Of a DNA stretch of 64,000 bases, positions 20,085 to 29,394 are shown one piece after another. The notes under the pieces were generated by a model. That model made no database searches and had not been told where the DNA came from. It saw only the letters and a program-made list of their open reading frames with translations. How positions within the stretch are numbered: the stretch's first letter is position 1; the number at the start of each line of letters is the position of its first letter. The stretch comes from an uncultured Polyangiaceae bacterium. GTDB taxonomy: Bacteria > Myxococcota_A > Polyangia > Polyangiales > Polyangiaceae. Where the stretch lies: contig CAZHED010000001.1 in assembly GCA_964531095.1 (NCBI GenBank), positions 321,996 through 385,995 on the forward strand, in the 5' to 3' direction. The position numbers and the translations under genes are program-made.

Positions 20085-20639
20085 ATGGATCTCGACGCGG
20101 CGGCCCAGGCGATCGAGGCCTTTCTGCGCGCTCTCGGCCACGACCCGCAACGGGCGCCCGAGCTGGCCGGAACGGGGGCCCGCGTGGCCCGTGCGTACGC
20201 CGAAGACCTGCTCGAGGGCTACGGGGTCGACGTCGACGCCCTACTGTCGAGCAACGTCTTTGCGGGGCGAAGCGAGCTCGTGGTCGTGCGCGACGTCCCG
20301 GTAGTCACGACGTGCCCGCACCACCTGATGCCGTCCATCGGATCCGCAACGGTCGCGTTCGCGCCCGAGGAGCACCTGGTCGGAGTCGGCACCGTCGCTC
20401 GAACCGTGGATGCGTTTGCGCGCCGGCTCGCGCTCCAGGAGCAAATCGGCGAGCGGGTCGTCGCCGCGATGCAAAAGCACCTCGCGCCGAGGTGGGCGGG
20501 ATGCCGCATCGTCCTCAGCCACTCGTGCATGATCGCGCGCGGCGAGCGGGCCCACGGCGTGCGCGTCGAGACCGTCTCGCTCGCCGGGGGCGACGTCGAC
20601 GAAGCGGTCGTTCACACCGCGCTCGGACTGGGGCGGTGA
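20085..20639 (+). CDS. folE: GTP cyclohydrolase I (type 1)
   Basis: TGARVARAY, TCPHHLMP and the RLALQEQI(G) block are present. The gene starts 3 nt after the previous stop. Confidence 0.9.
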   Translation: MDLDAAAQAIEAFLRALGHDPQRAPELAGTGARVARAYAEDLLEGYGVDVDALLSSNVFAGRSELVVVRDVPVVTTCPHHLMPSIGSATVAFAPEEHLVGVGTVARTVDAFARRLALQEQIGERVVAAMQKHLAPRWAGCRIVLSHSCMIARGERAHGVRVETVSLAGGDVDEAVVHTALGLGR

Positions 20640-21004
20640 GCGCAGGAGCCAAACGGGTCGGGCAGGTTCGGCGCGAGCGCCTCGAAGGGGGCGCCTTGGT
20701 CCGGCTGGACTACCCTCCCTTTCACGTTCTCGTCGCCCTCGTCGACGGCCAACCGTTTGCGATCGAAGACGCCTGCAACCACGCGGGCGCGAGTCTCAGC
20801 GAGGGCGAGCGTCAGGGACGCTGCGTCGCATGTCCGATGCACGGTTACGTCTTCGATCTCGCGACCGGCCGCCTGATGGCTCCTCGGGGGCTTTGTGACG
20901 ACCAGCGCCGCTTCGTCGCGCGCGTGGTCGGCGACGACGTGGTGGTTTGGGATCCCGGTCCGGGTGCCACCATCGTGGGCCTCGCGAACGGAGAGACAAA
21001 ATGA
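20636..21004 (+). CDS. Rieske [2Fe-2S] domain protein
   Basis: The GTG at 20636 overlaps the folE stop (GTGA). CNHAG...(16 aa)...CPMHG is the CxH/CxxH Rieske ligand pattern. Confidence 0.75.
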   Translation: MSAGAKRVGQVRRERLEGGALVRLDYPPFHVLVALVDGQPFAIEDACNHAGASLSEGERQGRCVACPMHGYVFDLATGRLMAPRGLCDDQRRFVARVVGDDVVVWDPGPGATIVGLANGETK

Positions 21005-21196
21005 AAGTGCCCGCGCAGAGGGGCCGGGGGGGCAGCCTCACTCCACACGGGCACCAAACGACCGTGCAGACCGCGTGCCATCCCACTTTGGATGAAAAGC
21101 CCGGCATATCGCACGGTGTCCTCCCTGCCGCCGTGCAACTTTGAAAGCTGCAGCGCTCGGCTCTGCACGACGGACGGCCGGGATCGACCGCGCCCG

Positions 21197-24100
21197 TCAC
21201 CTTGCAGCGCAGCGCAGCGCGTAGCGGACGTGCGTGGCCAGGACGCCCACGTCGACCGTGCGAACGGGCCCGTGAGGGCGCGGCGCCGAGGTCGGCCATC
21301 CGGTTCGCGCTTCGGATGTACTCTCGCCGAACGAGAGCGACCCGAGGACCCGATCGACGCACGCCCCCTCGCGGGACAGACGCATTCTCGCGACCGGAGC
21401 TTGCAACGTCGATTCCCATCGGGTGCCGATGCGGAGGCGCACGGCGCCCGGGTAAGGCAGATCGACCTCCCATCCGGTGTCGTCCCCCGTACAGATCGAG
21501 ACCGTACGGTCGGACAAATCGGACGGAGCGAGCGGCTCGGGCGTCGAGACGGAGCTCGACTCGACGTCGACGCTCGCGATCCAGCGGGGCGTCGTCCCGC
21601 GGAGCTCGTCCGTCTGGCCGTCGACCAGCAGGCCAATGGCCCGGCCATCGGTGTGCTGCGCAAGCCGCAGCGCCGGGCGCGTCTCGAACCCACCCCGCGG
21701 CACCCGGACGAGCTCGCGGGCGATGGCGCCGTCGAGCGACCAGATCACGGTCGCCGCGAGCTCGCCCGGGCTCTGCGCGGTCGCCACGTACCAGCGCCCG
21801 CCGACGCGCGTGGCGCTCTCCACGTCCGGGATCGGATCGCCGCTCGACTGGCGCGCCTCGGCGGGCGGCCGTCCGGACTCGAGCACGAACAGCTCGGCCG
21901 ACGCGGGCGTCATCGCGTGATGCGCAAGCAGGAGCGCGTGATCCGGATCGTCGCCTTCGGCCACGACCCAGACAGTCGGCGTGCCGGGTCCTGCACCGAG
22001 CGCGCGGCCGGCGGCATCGAGGCTCGACCATGGGGAGGGGACCGTTGTCGACGAACGCACGTCCAGCCTGCCACCCCACGGCCATTGCCAGCGCACTTGC
22101 CATCGTCCGAGCGGGTCCCATTCACCCGTCTTCGGGCCCCACGCGTAGACGCGGGCCAGCGGAACCGCGTGCAGGGCTCGCTCCAGACCGCCGGACGCCT
22201 CGACGCTCAGTCCCAGGTCGTCTGCGGGTATCGACGGGCTGGGCTCCCCCGCGAACGGCGGCAGGTCAGTGCCCACGCCGCGGATCGACCCCGAGTAGCC
22301 GCTGGCGCCGGGCGTGTGCGCCGGGTTGGCGCGCGCGACCCCCGGGTCGGCACCCGCGATCGGCTCGCAGTCGAGGTCGAGCGTCGGCGAAGGGTGCGCC
22401 GGGTGAAGCCGTCGCGGAACGGGCTCGGCCGCCGCGGCCTGCTCGGTCGCGCCCCAACCCACGCGTAGCCAGCCCGCGGCGATGCATCCAACGGGGCCGC
22501 AAGCGCGCTCGTGAACAGCCCGTCCAGAGGCAATCGGGTCCGGCACGGCCATCTTCGCCCAGGTCATCCCGCCGTTGGTGGTCTCGAAGCCGAGCCGCGA
22601 CGCCGTCCAGCCGAACGCCCAGCGTCCCGACGCGACCGGCGCGCCCGCGTCGCGGATGTACTCGCCGACGTGCGTCTCGCCGTCGGCGGCGATCTCGACT
22701 CCGAGGAGGGATCCGGCGGCGTCGACCCACCCGCCAACGACGCCGGGCCGGCGCTCCTCGAAGCCGTTCATCCAGACGCCGAGGAGCAGGGCGCTCGCCA
22801 CGTCGGCGCGCAATGGCGGCAGGGCGAGCGGGATGTCCGTCCGGTGCGCGCCATCGATGACGGTCAAACGGGCGGTCGACAAATCGTCGGAACGCGGCGG
22901 ATGCACGAGCGCCGTGCGGCCGTCGGCCAGCACAACAAGTCGCGCATCGCTCGGAAAGCGCGTCTCTCTCCACGGGGCGCCAGGCGGCATGAAGCACCAT
23001 GCCTGCTCCCCGCCGTGGGCGTCGCCCGCGGCACCGTCCGTACACGGACCGCGCACCGCCAGCGCGCCGTTGCCGAAGCCCAATACTTCGCGCGGAGTCT
23101 CGAAGCGGCGCAGCTCGACGAGGCGTGCGCTGCGTGCGTCCCATTGGTAGACGATCGTGCGTCCGCGTGGCTCGCCGCACACGACGCCAACCTCCCCGGC
23201 GCTTTGGGCGGCCGGGGCCATCGCCTTGTCGAAGCCCAGAGACAGGGCGTGGCAACGCGCGGGGTTGAGAGGGAACGCGTCCGGGACGTTCTCCATGAGC
23301 GCGCCGTCGGCCAGTCGCACCCGCCCAAGCGCACCGTTCCGTGCAACGAGCGCGGTACCGTCCGCGAGCGGCCAACCGTCTTCGATGGCGCTTGCCAGGG
23401 GCCGAGGCCCGAAGGCTCGTACCGCGTCGGCGTTCAGGGCTGGGGTCGAGCTCGTGCTCTCGGTCGTGGATGTGCGGTCGGGATGCGCGCTTGCCCGTGA
23501 CGCGCTGGAGAGTTTGCTCGTCCGCCCGTCCGGCAGCACTTCCCACCACTCAACCTGCCGCGTCTCGTCCAGCCCACCCACGGCGATCGACTCGGTCAGA
23601 GCGACGACGTCGCTTGGCTCGATCGGAAGCATCACCGGGTCCCAGGTCGAGCCCGCGTCGTGCGTCATCAGCGCGCCGCGCAAGTCGGCGACTGCGACCG
23701 CGTGCCAGGCATCGAACGCGGCGAGCCGGCCGATGTTCGGGGAGGCGGGCAGCGGTCCCAATCCCACCGGCGAGCCGGTGCCCGGGTCGAGCGCGGCGAG
23801 GGCTCCCTGCGTCGAACGCAGGTAGACCCGGTCGAGCCCGACGAGCACTTGGGACACGGGGACCGACGAGGTGAAGAGCGCTCGCGCGGGCCCGAGCCAG
23901 CGGTCCGCTCGCCAAAGGTGTGGGCCGATCCCGAAGAGGAAGCCGCCGCCCATGCGCTCGGGCAGCGGGACGACGCTGGAAGGTGTCGCGGCGAGTCGAT
24001 CGCCCGCGACGAGCATCGCGCCGTTGGGCATCGAAATGAAACGCACCCCTGCGACGATCGCCCGGACCCCGCCGCCCGGTTCGATCCCCCAGCCGTGCGC

Positions 24101-24334
24101 TTCGTCGAGGGCCCCCGGGAAAAGGCGCGCCCCCGCCACCGTCGGGTCATCTGCCCCGCGCAGCCCCGCTTCCTGGAGACCTCCGGGCGGCGCTTCCCCG
24201 AAGCGAGGCGGAGAGCCCGCGCACGCGCATACGGCCGCAACCCACACCGTCACCACGCCGCGCCCCTTCAACGACGCCCCGAACCCCAAACCCGCTCCCG
24301 CGGTTTTGCTAGCGCCGCTCGGCCTGGCAATCAC
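21197..24334 (-). CDS. large lipoprotein with BNR/Asp-box-like motifs (predicted beta-propeller), function unknown
   Basis: This frame of ORF 21197..24583 is trimmed to the GTG at 24334 because the upstream 5' end would overlap the DAHP synthase gene. The signal is K/R then VVTVWVAAVCACAGS. Asp-box-like HDAGSTW and TNGGMTW are present. The start is uncertain. Confidence 0.6.
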   Translation of the reverse strand: MIARPSGASKTAGAGLGFGASLKGRGVVTVWVAAVCACAGSPPRFGEAPPGGLQEAGLRGADDPTVAGARLFPGALDEAHGWGIEPGGGVRAIVAGVRFISMPNGAMLVAGDRLAATPSSVVPLPERMGGGFLFGIGPHLWRADRWLGPARALFTSSVPVSQVLVGLDRVYLRSTQGALAALDPGTGSPVGLGPLPASPNIGRLAAFDAWHAVAVADLRGALMTHDAGSTWDPVMLPIEPSDVVALTESIAVGGLDETRQVEWWEVLPDGRTSKLSSASRASAHPDRTSTTESTSSTPALNADAVRAFGPRPLASAIEDGWPLADGTALVARNGALGRVRLADGALMENVPDAFPLNPARCHALSLGFDKAMAPAAQSAGEVGVVCGEPRGRTIVYQWDARSARLVELRRFETPREVLGFGNGALAVRGPCTDGAAGDAHGGEQAWCFMPPGAPWRETRFPSDARLVVLADGRTALVHPPRSDDLSTARLTVIDGAHRTDIPLALPPLRADVASALLLGVWMNGFEERRPGVVGGWVDAAGSLLGVEIAADGETHVGEYIRDAGAPVASGRWAFGWTASRLGFETTNGGMTWAKMAVPDPIASGRAVHERACGPVGCIAAGWLRVGWGATEQAAAAEPVPRRLHPAHPSPTLDLDCEPIAGADPGVARANPAHTPGASGYSGSIRGVGTDLPPFAGEPSPSIPADDLGLSVEASGGLERALHAVPLARVYAWGPKTGEWDPLGRWQVRWQWPWGGRLDVRSSTTVPSPWSSLDAAGRALGAGPGTPTVWVVAEGDDPDHALLLAHHAMTPASAELFVLESGRPPAEARQSSGDPIPDVESATRVGGRWYVATAQSPGELAATVIWSLDGAIARELVRVPRGGFETRPALRLAQHTDGRAIGLLVDGQTDELRGTTPRWIASVDVESSSVSTPEPLAPSDLSDRTVSICTGDDTGWEVDLPYPGAVRLRIGTRWESTLQAPVARMRLSREGACVDRVLGSLSFGESTSEARTGWPTSAPRPHGPVRTVDVGVLATHVRYALRCAAR

Positions 24335-24365
24335 CGGCAGAACCTGTTCCGAGCGGCCCTGGTAG

Positions 24366-25805
24366 CTAGCGGCCCGAGCGCGAGGGTGCGTCCGATAGGG
24401 TAGAGGGCGGGTGATCGAGGCCCACGGAGCGCGTGGACTCGCGGGGCGCGGGCAGTGGATGCCGACCGAGGCGCTTGGCCAGGCGAAAGCCCATCTCCAG
24501 CGCCTGCCGGTAGTTGAGCCGGGGGTCGCAGGCCGTCGCGTAGTTCTTGTCGAGATCCTCCACGGTGATCCCCGCGGCGCCACCGATGCATTCGGTCACG
24601 TCCTCTCCCGTGAGCTCGAAGTGCACGCCACCGAGGTAGGTGCCGCACGCATCGTGCACGTCGACCGTGGTCTCGACCTCGCGCAAGATGTGATCGAAAT
24701 CACGCGTCTTGAGCCCGGACGGGGTCGACTGCGTGTTGCCGTGCATCGGGTCGCACACCCACAAGACCGTGCGGCCGGAGCGCTTGACGGTGTCCACCAG
24801 CGCCGGCAAGGCGTCGGCCACCCGCGAGGCGCCCATGCGCGTGACGAGCGCGATCTTGCCCAGCTCGTCGTGGGGGTTGATGGCGTCGATCAGGCGGAGC
24901 ACCTGATCGGTGGTGGTGGTGGGCCCGAGCTTGATCGCGATCGGGTTCCGGATGCCGCGGAAGAACTCGACGTGCGCGCCGTCGAGCGCGCGTGTGCGCT
25001 CGCCAATCCAGGGAAAGTGCGTCGTCAGGTCGTACCACCCCTCACGCCGGGGAACCTGGCGCGTCTGCGCGGACTCGTAGTGCAGGTTGAGCCCTTCGTG
25101 GCTGGTGTAGAACTCCACTCGCGTCAGCTCTTCCACCGTGCTCTCACCGAGCGCTTCCATGAAGCGCAGCGCCTCGGCGAGGTGGTGGGTCGTGTGCTCG
25201 TACTCTGTCAGGAGCGAATCGGGAACGCGGGCGCGGCGGAAGAACGAGAGCTCCCAGTACTCCGGGTGATGCACGTCGGCGAACCCGGCTGCGGACAGCG
25301 AACGGATGAAATTGAGCGTCATCGCGGCGTGGCTGTAGGCCAGGATCATGTTGTCCGGATCCGGGCGACGTCCGCTCTCCGTGAAGTCGGCGCGGTTGAC
25401 CATGTCGCCGAAGTAGCTCGGGTGCGAAACGCCCTCGCGCGACTCCATGGCCTTGGTACGGGGCTTGGCGTACTGCCCCGCGAAGCGGCCGACACGAACG
25501 ACCGGCCGTTTGCCCTCGTGGATCATCACGAGCGACATCTGCAGCAAGATCTTCAGCTTGTTCGCGATGACTTGGGAGCGGCAATCGGCGACCGTTTCGG
25601 CGCAGTCCCCTCCTTGCACGAGGAAACGCCTGCCCTGTTGCGCGTCGGCCAGCAGCTGCTTCAGGCGCTCGATTTCCCACGAGGTGACGAGCGGCGGAAG
25701 CTGGCGCAGGCGGGTGCAGGCGCGCTCCAGGGCGCCGGCGTCGCCGTAAGCGATCGCTTGCGCGTCGACCTTGGATTTCCACGAATCGGGTGTCCAGTCG
25801 GGCAT
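24366..25805 (-). CDS. 3-deoxy-7-phosphoheptulonate (DAHP) synthase, class II
   Basis: 479 aa with an ATG start. PLVTSWEIERLK...FLVQGGDCAE and later DPMHGN are class II (plant/actinobacterial type) hallmarks. Confidence 0.9.
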   Translation of the reverse strand: MPDWTPDSWKSKVDAQAIAYGDAGALERACTRLRQLPPLVTSWEIERLKQLLADAQQGRRFLVQGGDCAETVADCRSQVIANKLKILLQMSLVMIHEGKRPVVRVGRFAGQYAKPRTKAMESREGVSHPSYFGDMVNRADFTESGRRPDPDNMILAYSHAAMTLNFIRSLSAAGFADVHHPEYWELSFFRRARVPDSLLTEYEHTTHHLAEALRFMEALGESTVEELTRVEFYTSHEGLNLHYESAQTRQVPRREGWYDLTTHFPWIGERTRALDGAHVEFFRGIRNPIAIKLGPTTTTDQVLRLIDAINPHDELGKIALVTRMGASRVADALPALVDTVKRSGRTVLWVCDPMHGNTQSTPSGLKTRDFDHILREVETTVDVHDACGTYLGGVHFELTGEDVTECIGGAAGITVEDLDKNYATACDPRLNYRQALEMGFRLAKRLGRHPLPAPRESTRSVGLDHPPSTLSDAPSRSGR

Positions 25806-26150
25806 GGTTGCGACGAACCATTAGCACGCAGAATCACAGCCGCGCCCGCGCCTCGTGCCCGACCTGGCGAGCTTGCTGCCGCTCCTCCGGGAGGCCCCGG
25901 CCGATCCGGGTCCGGGTACGGTTGTACCCGCTGTTTCGCCGCGCCAACCGTGCCGTATTCGGTGGGACTGCCTCATCCCCTTGCCCTGAACTTATGACCT
26001 CATGTATTCGTCCTGCTACAGGCCGTTGCTTGACCCCCCGCAAAGGGACGGCTATTCGATTTCTACAGGTAGGGGATCCGCACACGATGCGAACGGGCGA
26101 TCCGGCGGTGTTCCGCTCGGCACGCCAAGCGGGGACTCGAGGAAGACCGA

Positions 26151-26429
26151 ATGGGCAGTCGACTGACCTGGCCACAGATTTGCCGAACTGAAGCGTTCCG
26201 AGGGCGGTGGGTGGCTCTCGACGATTGCAAATACGACCCACGAACGGCCCAGCCTTCGGAGGGGACGGTTGTGGATGCCGACGAGGATCTCGTCGCTCTC
26301 TGCAACCGAATGCAGGCAAGCGATAGCAAGCACTGTGCCATCCTGTACTGCGACGAGGCGCGGGCCGCCGACGAGCCGGCCCCCATCACGGCCCGGTTCG
26401 CTCCGGCGCCGCCCAGGGCGTATCACTGA
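26151..26429 (+). CDS. candidate small protein (92 aa), unknown function
   Basis: AGGAAG sits 7 nt before the ATG. The ORF lies in a spacer of about 640 bp with locally lower GC. The sequence FRGRWVALDD...GTVVDADEDLVALCNRM looks protein-like, but codon bias is weaker than in its neighbours. Confidence 0.35.
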   Translation: MGSRLTWPQICRTEAFRGRWVALDDCKYDPRTAQPSEGTVVDADEDLVALCNRMQASDSKHCAILYCDEARAADEPAPITARFAPAPPRAYH

Positions 26430-26447
26430 CGTCGTGCGGGATGCACG

Positions 26448-27437
26448 TTAGGAGCGAACCGCCCCCAAGAAGGCCTTCGTTCGGTCCATCGCCCACGTGT
26501 TCACCCAGAGCGACTCGCTCATCCCCCTGAACCAGCCCACGTGACCCCCGCGGTGCGACCATGCCTGCTCGAGAGCAGGCGGGGCGCCGGTCAGCCACTT
26601 TCTCACGGTATCGGCGGGGACCATGGGGTCATCCTCGGCGTGGACCAGCAAGGTGGGCAGGCGGATGCGCTCGATGACGGGTCCGGCGCTGGCGCGCTCG
26701 TAGTAATCGTCGGCGCTGGCGAACCCGTGCATCGGGGCGATGACATGGCCGTCGTAGGCGCGGATTGTCCGCAGCCGGCCGAGCGCTCGGACGTCGTATC
26801 GGGCGAGTTGGGGGTGCGCCCCCGCGAACGCCTCCCCCTGTCGAACGAGATTCCGGAGAACGTACCGGTGGTACGGAAGGCTCCGCAGCCGCTCGATCGC
26901 GCGCGTCACCCGCGTCAGATCGAGCGGCGCGCTGATCGCGACGGCGGCGCGCAGCGGCCCCGCGTCGCCGCCCCCAAGCTCTCCGACCAATCGCAGGACC
27001 ACGTGGCCGCCGAGCGAAAGGCCGACGAGCGCCACCCCATCGACGTGTGCGCGGCGTCCGACCGCGTCGACCGCGACCCGGAGATCTTCGGTGAGGCCTG
27101 CATGGTAGAGTTCGTGGGCGTCGGGAATCGACTCGCCGGCGCCGCGAAGGTCCAGCCGCACGACGTGCCACCCCGCGCGATGCATCGACACAGCGGCGCG
27201 CACGACATACCGCGATGCGCTCGAGCCCCCGACGCCGTGCACGAGAATCGCCGCCGGACCCCGGGGCGTCCCCACTTGCCACCATGCGTGCGCGTGCAGC
27301 GCACCCCTGGCAGGTAGCGGGATGCGGAAGAACTCGGCGTTCGCCGGCCGGAAGGACCGCGGGGGTGCCCAGAACGGGAGCGCCGCGCCGAGCGACTGAA
27401 CGTGCTTGCTGGCCAGCCAGGGCGGTGCGGTGAACAT
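26448..27437 (-). CDS. alpha/beta-fold hydrolase (YheT/ABHD-like)
   Basis: HGVGGSSASRYV and the nucleophile elbow GLSLGG are present, with C-terminal ...DDPMVP...GGHVGW. Confidence 0.8.
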   Translation of the reverse strand: MFTAPPWLASKHVQSLGAALPFWAPPRSFRPANAEFFRIPLPARGALHAHAWWQVGTPRGPAAILVHGVGGSSASRYVVRAAVSMHRAGWHVVRLDLRGAGESIPDAHELYHAGLTEDLRVAVDAVGRRAHVDGVALVGLSLGGHVVLRLVGELGGGDAGPLRAAVAISAPLDLTRVTRAIERLRSLPYHRYVLRNLVRQGEAFAGAHPQLARYDVRALGRLRTIRAYDGHVIAPMHGFASADDYYERASAGPVIERIRLPTLLVHAEDDPMVPADTVRKWLTGAPPALEQAWSHRGGHVGWFRGMSESLWVNTWAMDRTKAFLGAVRS

Positions 27438-27476
27438 GGGATCGGCGAGGACGGGCGTTCAAAGGCCCCGTTGCCC

Positions 27477-27986
27477 CTATGGCGGCGTCCCGAGCGCGGT
27501 GCGGAACGCGGCGAGCCCTGCGGGGTCCAGCGCGCCGCCGCGGAAGACGATGCGACCGGCGCGGTCGACCACCAGCGTCGTGGGAACGCGCTCCTGTCCC
27601 AGGGCGTCGGCGAGTCGGAAGTCTTCGTCGATGACCTGCGCGTAGCGGAGCTCCCGCTTGCGCGCGAACGCCGCGACCGTCTCGCGCGGCTCGCCCACTG
27701 CCACGCCGATCACCACCGCGTCGCTCCGCGCGCCCGCTTGCGCCTGAAGCCGCGCGAGCGCGTCGATCTCGCCGACGCACACGTCGCACCACGTCGCCCA
27801 GAAAGAGACCACCGCGACTCGTCCGTGCACCATTGCGGGCAGGTCCGTCGGCGTCCCTTCGAGCGTGACGACCGGGACCGACGGCAGGGGTATCGGGGTG
27901 ATGCCGGCCGCCGGCGCCGCCGGTTGCGTGCAGCCCGCGTCCGGACTCGCCGCCAGTGCGATCAGAAGCGATAACCAGTGGCGCAT
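27477..27986 (-). CDS. TlpA-like thioredoxin-fold lipoprotein (thiol:disulfide oxidoreductase)
   Basis: This is the 3' part of ORF 27477..28769. The ATG at 27986 gives MRHWLSLLIALAASPDAGC. The redox motif FWATWCDVC (CxxC) is present. Confidence 0.75.
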   Translation of the reverse strand: MRHWLSLLIALAASPDAGCTQPAAPAAGITPIPLPSVPVVTLEGTPTDLPAMVHGRVAVVSFWATWCDVCVGEIDALARLQAQAGARSDAVVIGVAVGEPRETVAAFARKRELRYAQVIDEDFRLADALGQERVPTTLVVDRAGRIVFRGGALDPAGLAAFRTALGTPP

Positions 27987-29194
27987 GTGACGATGTTCAT
28001 CGAAAGTTCGTTGCTGCGAAAGTAGCGCTCGTAGCCGACTTCGAAATGGAGCACCCGAACCTGGGTGCTCATCGGCAAGTCGACGACGATCCGGCCGCCG
28101 ATCGTGTGCGACTCGAGCCTCGCGAGGTCGCTGTCGGCGGTGCGCAAGGGCAACGTCGGTCCCGCGAGCGTCGTGAAGAAGTCGACCCCGTTCTGCGTGT
28201 GATACCGGTAGAGCGCGCCTACGTAGACGGAGGGGGAGAGCCGCTGCATGAGCTGCCCCTCGATCGAGTGCGCGATGAGTCCCCAGTCGTCGGCGTAGAA
28301 GCGATAGTAGAAGCGGAGCGCCCCGTTCCACGGGAGAAACTGCGAAGCGCGCAGCACCAGCGCGTGGCGCACGCGCTCGCCGGGCAGGATCTCCGGTCCC
28401 CGGTAGAGGCCGGTCGTCGCGTCGAAGGCCGTCAGAGGGACACTGTTCCACGTGTTGCCGAGCTCTCCGCGCTGCACCGTGAGGCCGTAGTTCGCGCCGA
28501 CCACGGTCGTCGGCGTGACGATTTGCGTGACGCCGACGCTGGCCGTGGTGCTCGACCGCTCGGTGCGTCCGTGGCGATGGCCGGTGATGTCGAAGCGATC
28601 GAACCAGTCGAACACTTCGAGGACGCTGCCGGCGACGACGGTGTCTCCCCCGGCGAGCGCGTAACTTCCGCCGAGGCCGCCGTGCCACGAGCGGAACGGC
28701 TCCTCGAGATGCAGCCCGCTCGACATCGACACGTAGGATGCGGGGTCTGCTCGGTACGTCGCAGACCAATCGATCGTGCCGGCGACGTTGTGTCGCGACG
28801 CGCTGCTGACGACGTCGACCGACGTCGGCCCGTTGTCGATCGCATCCGGCGAGGCCGCGGTGATGACGTCAATCGGCACGGTGAGGACGTGGGTCAGGCG
28901 GGGACCTTGCGACGCCACAACTTGCACCTGCGGCTCCAGAATCGTCGTGCGCTCCGAGCCCGGTCCAAAGGCGGGCCCTGCCTGCGACTGGTAGCCGTGG
29001 CCGTACTGATCGAAGGACGTGATGCGCGTCATCACGGACTCGATGCGCAGGCCGTCGTCGTGCCGTCCGAGGATCTCGACGTCGTGCGCGGAGGTCAGGG
29101 CCGCCTTCGCGTCGTCTGCGCGGGCCGTCGACCTTGGGCCGAAGAGCGCGACGACGAGCGCGCCCGCGACCGGCCAAGTCACTGGCAGCCGCAT
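27962..29194 (-). CDS. DUF3570-family predicted outer-membrane beta-barrel protein
   Basis: 410 aa, the typical family length. It has a signal peptide, alternating beta-strand-like sequence, and a C-terminal GYRF. It follows a DUF4266 gene, as I recall for this family. Confidence 0.7.
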   Translation of the reverse strand: MRLPVTWPVAGALVVALFGPRSTARADDAKAALTSAHDVEILGRHDDGLRIESVMTRITSFDQYGHGYQSQAGPAFGPGSERTTILEPQVQVVASQGPRLTHVLTVPIDVITAASPDAIDNGPTSVDVVSSASRHNVAGTIDWSATYRADPASYVSMSSGLHLEEPFRSWHGGLGGSYALAGGDTVVAGSVLEVFDWFDRFDITGHRHGRTERSSTTASVGVTQIVTPTTVVGANYGLTVQRGELGNTWNSVPLTAFDATTGLYRGPEILPGERVRHALVLRASQFLPWNGALRFYYRFYADDWGLIAHSIEGQLMQRLSPSVYVGALYRYHTQNGVDFFTTLAGPTLPLRTADSDLARLESHTIGGRIVVDLPMSTQVRVLHFEVGYERYFRSNELSMNIVTCATGYRF

Positions 29195-29394
29195 CCGCCG
29201 CCGGCCGTCGTCCCGTCACCGCCCGCGGCACCCTCGCGCGTGTCATAGAGCTTCTGTCGCCTGGCTGCATCGAGAGGTTCGTCTCCGAGGCCCATCATCG
29301 GGTCGGCGAAGTGCGCGCGCCGGTTCTGAGGCACCGTGGCGCAAGCCGACAGAGCCGCAGCCGCCAGCGCGATGGCGATACCGCGCGCGGTCAC
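29179..29394 (-). CDS. DUF4266-family small lipoprotein (71 aa)
   Basis: GTG at 29392-29394. The lipobox is AAALSAC. The conserved EGA motif (TREGAAGG) and the C-terminal GGGCGCQ are present. It overlaps the upstream stop (GTGA) and overlaps the downstream start by 16 nt. Confidence 0.65.
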   Translation of the reverse strand: MTARGIAIALAAAALSACATVPQNRRAHFADPMMGLGDEPLDAARRQKLYDTREGAAGGDGTTAGGGCGCQ

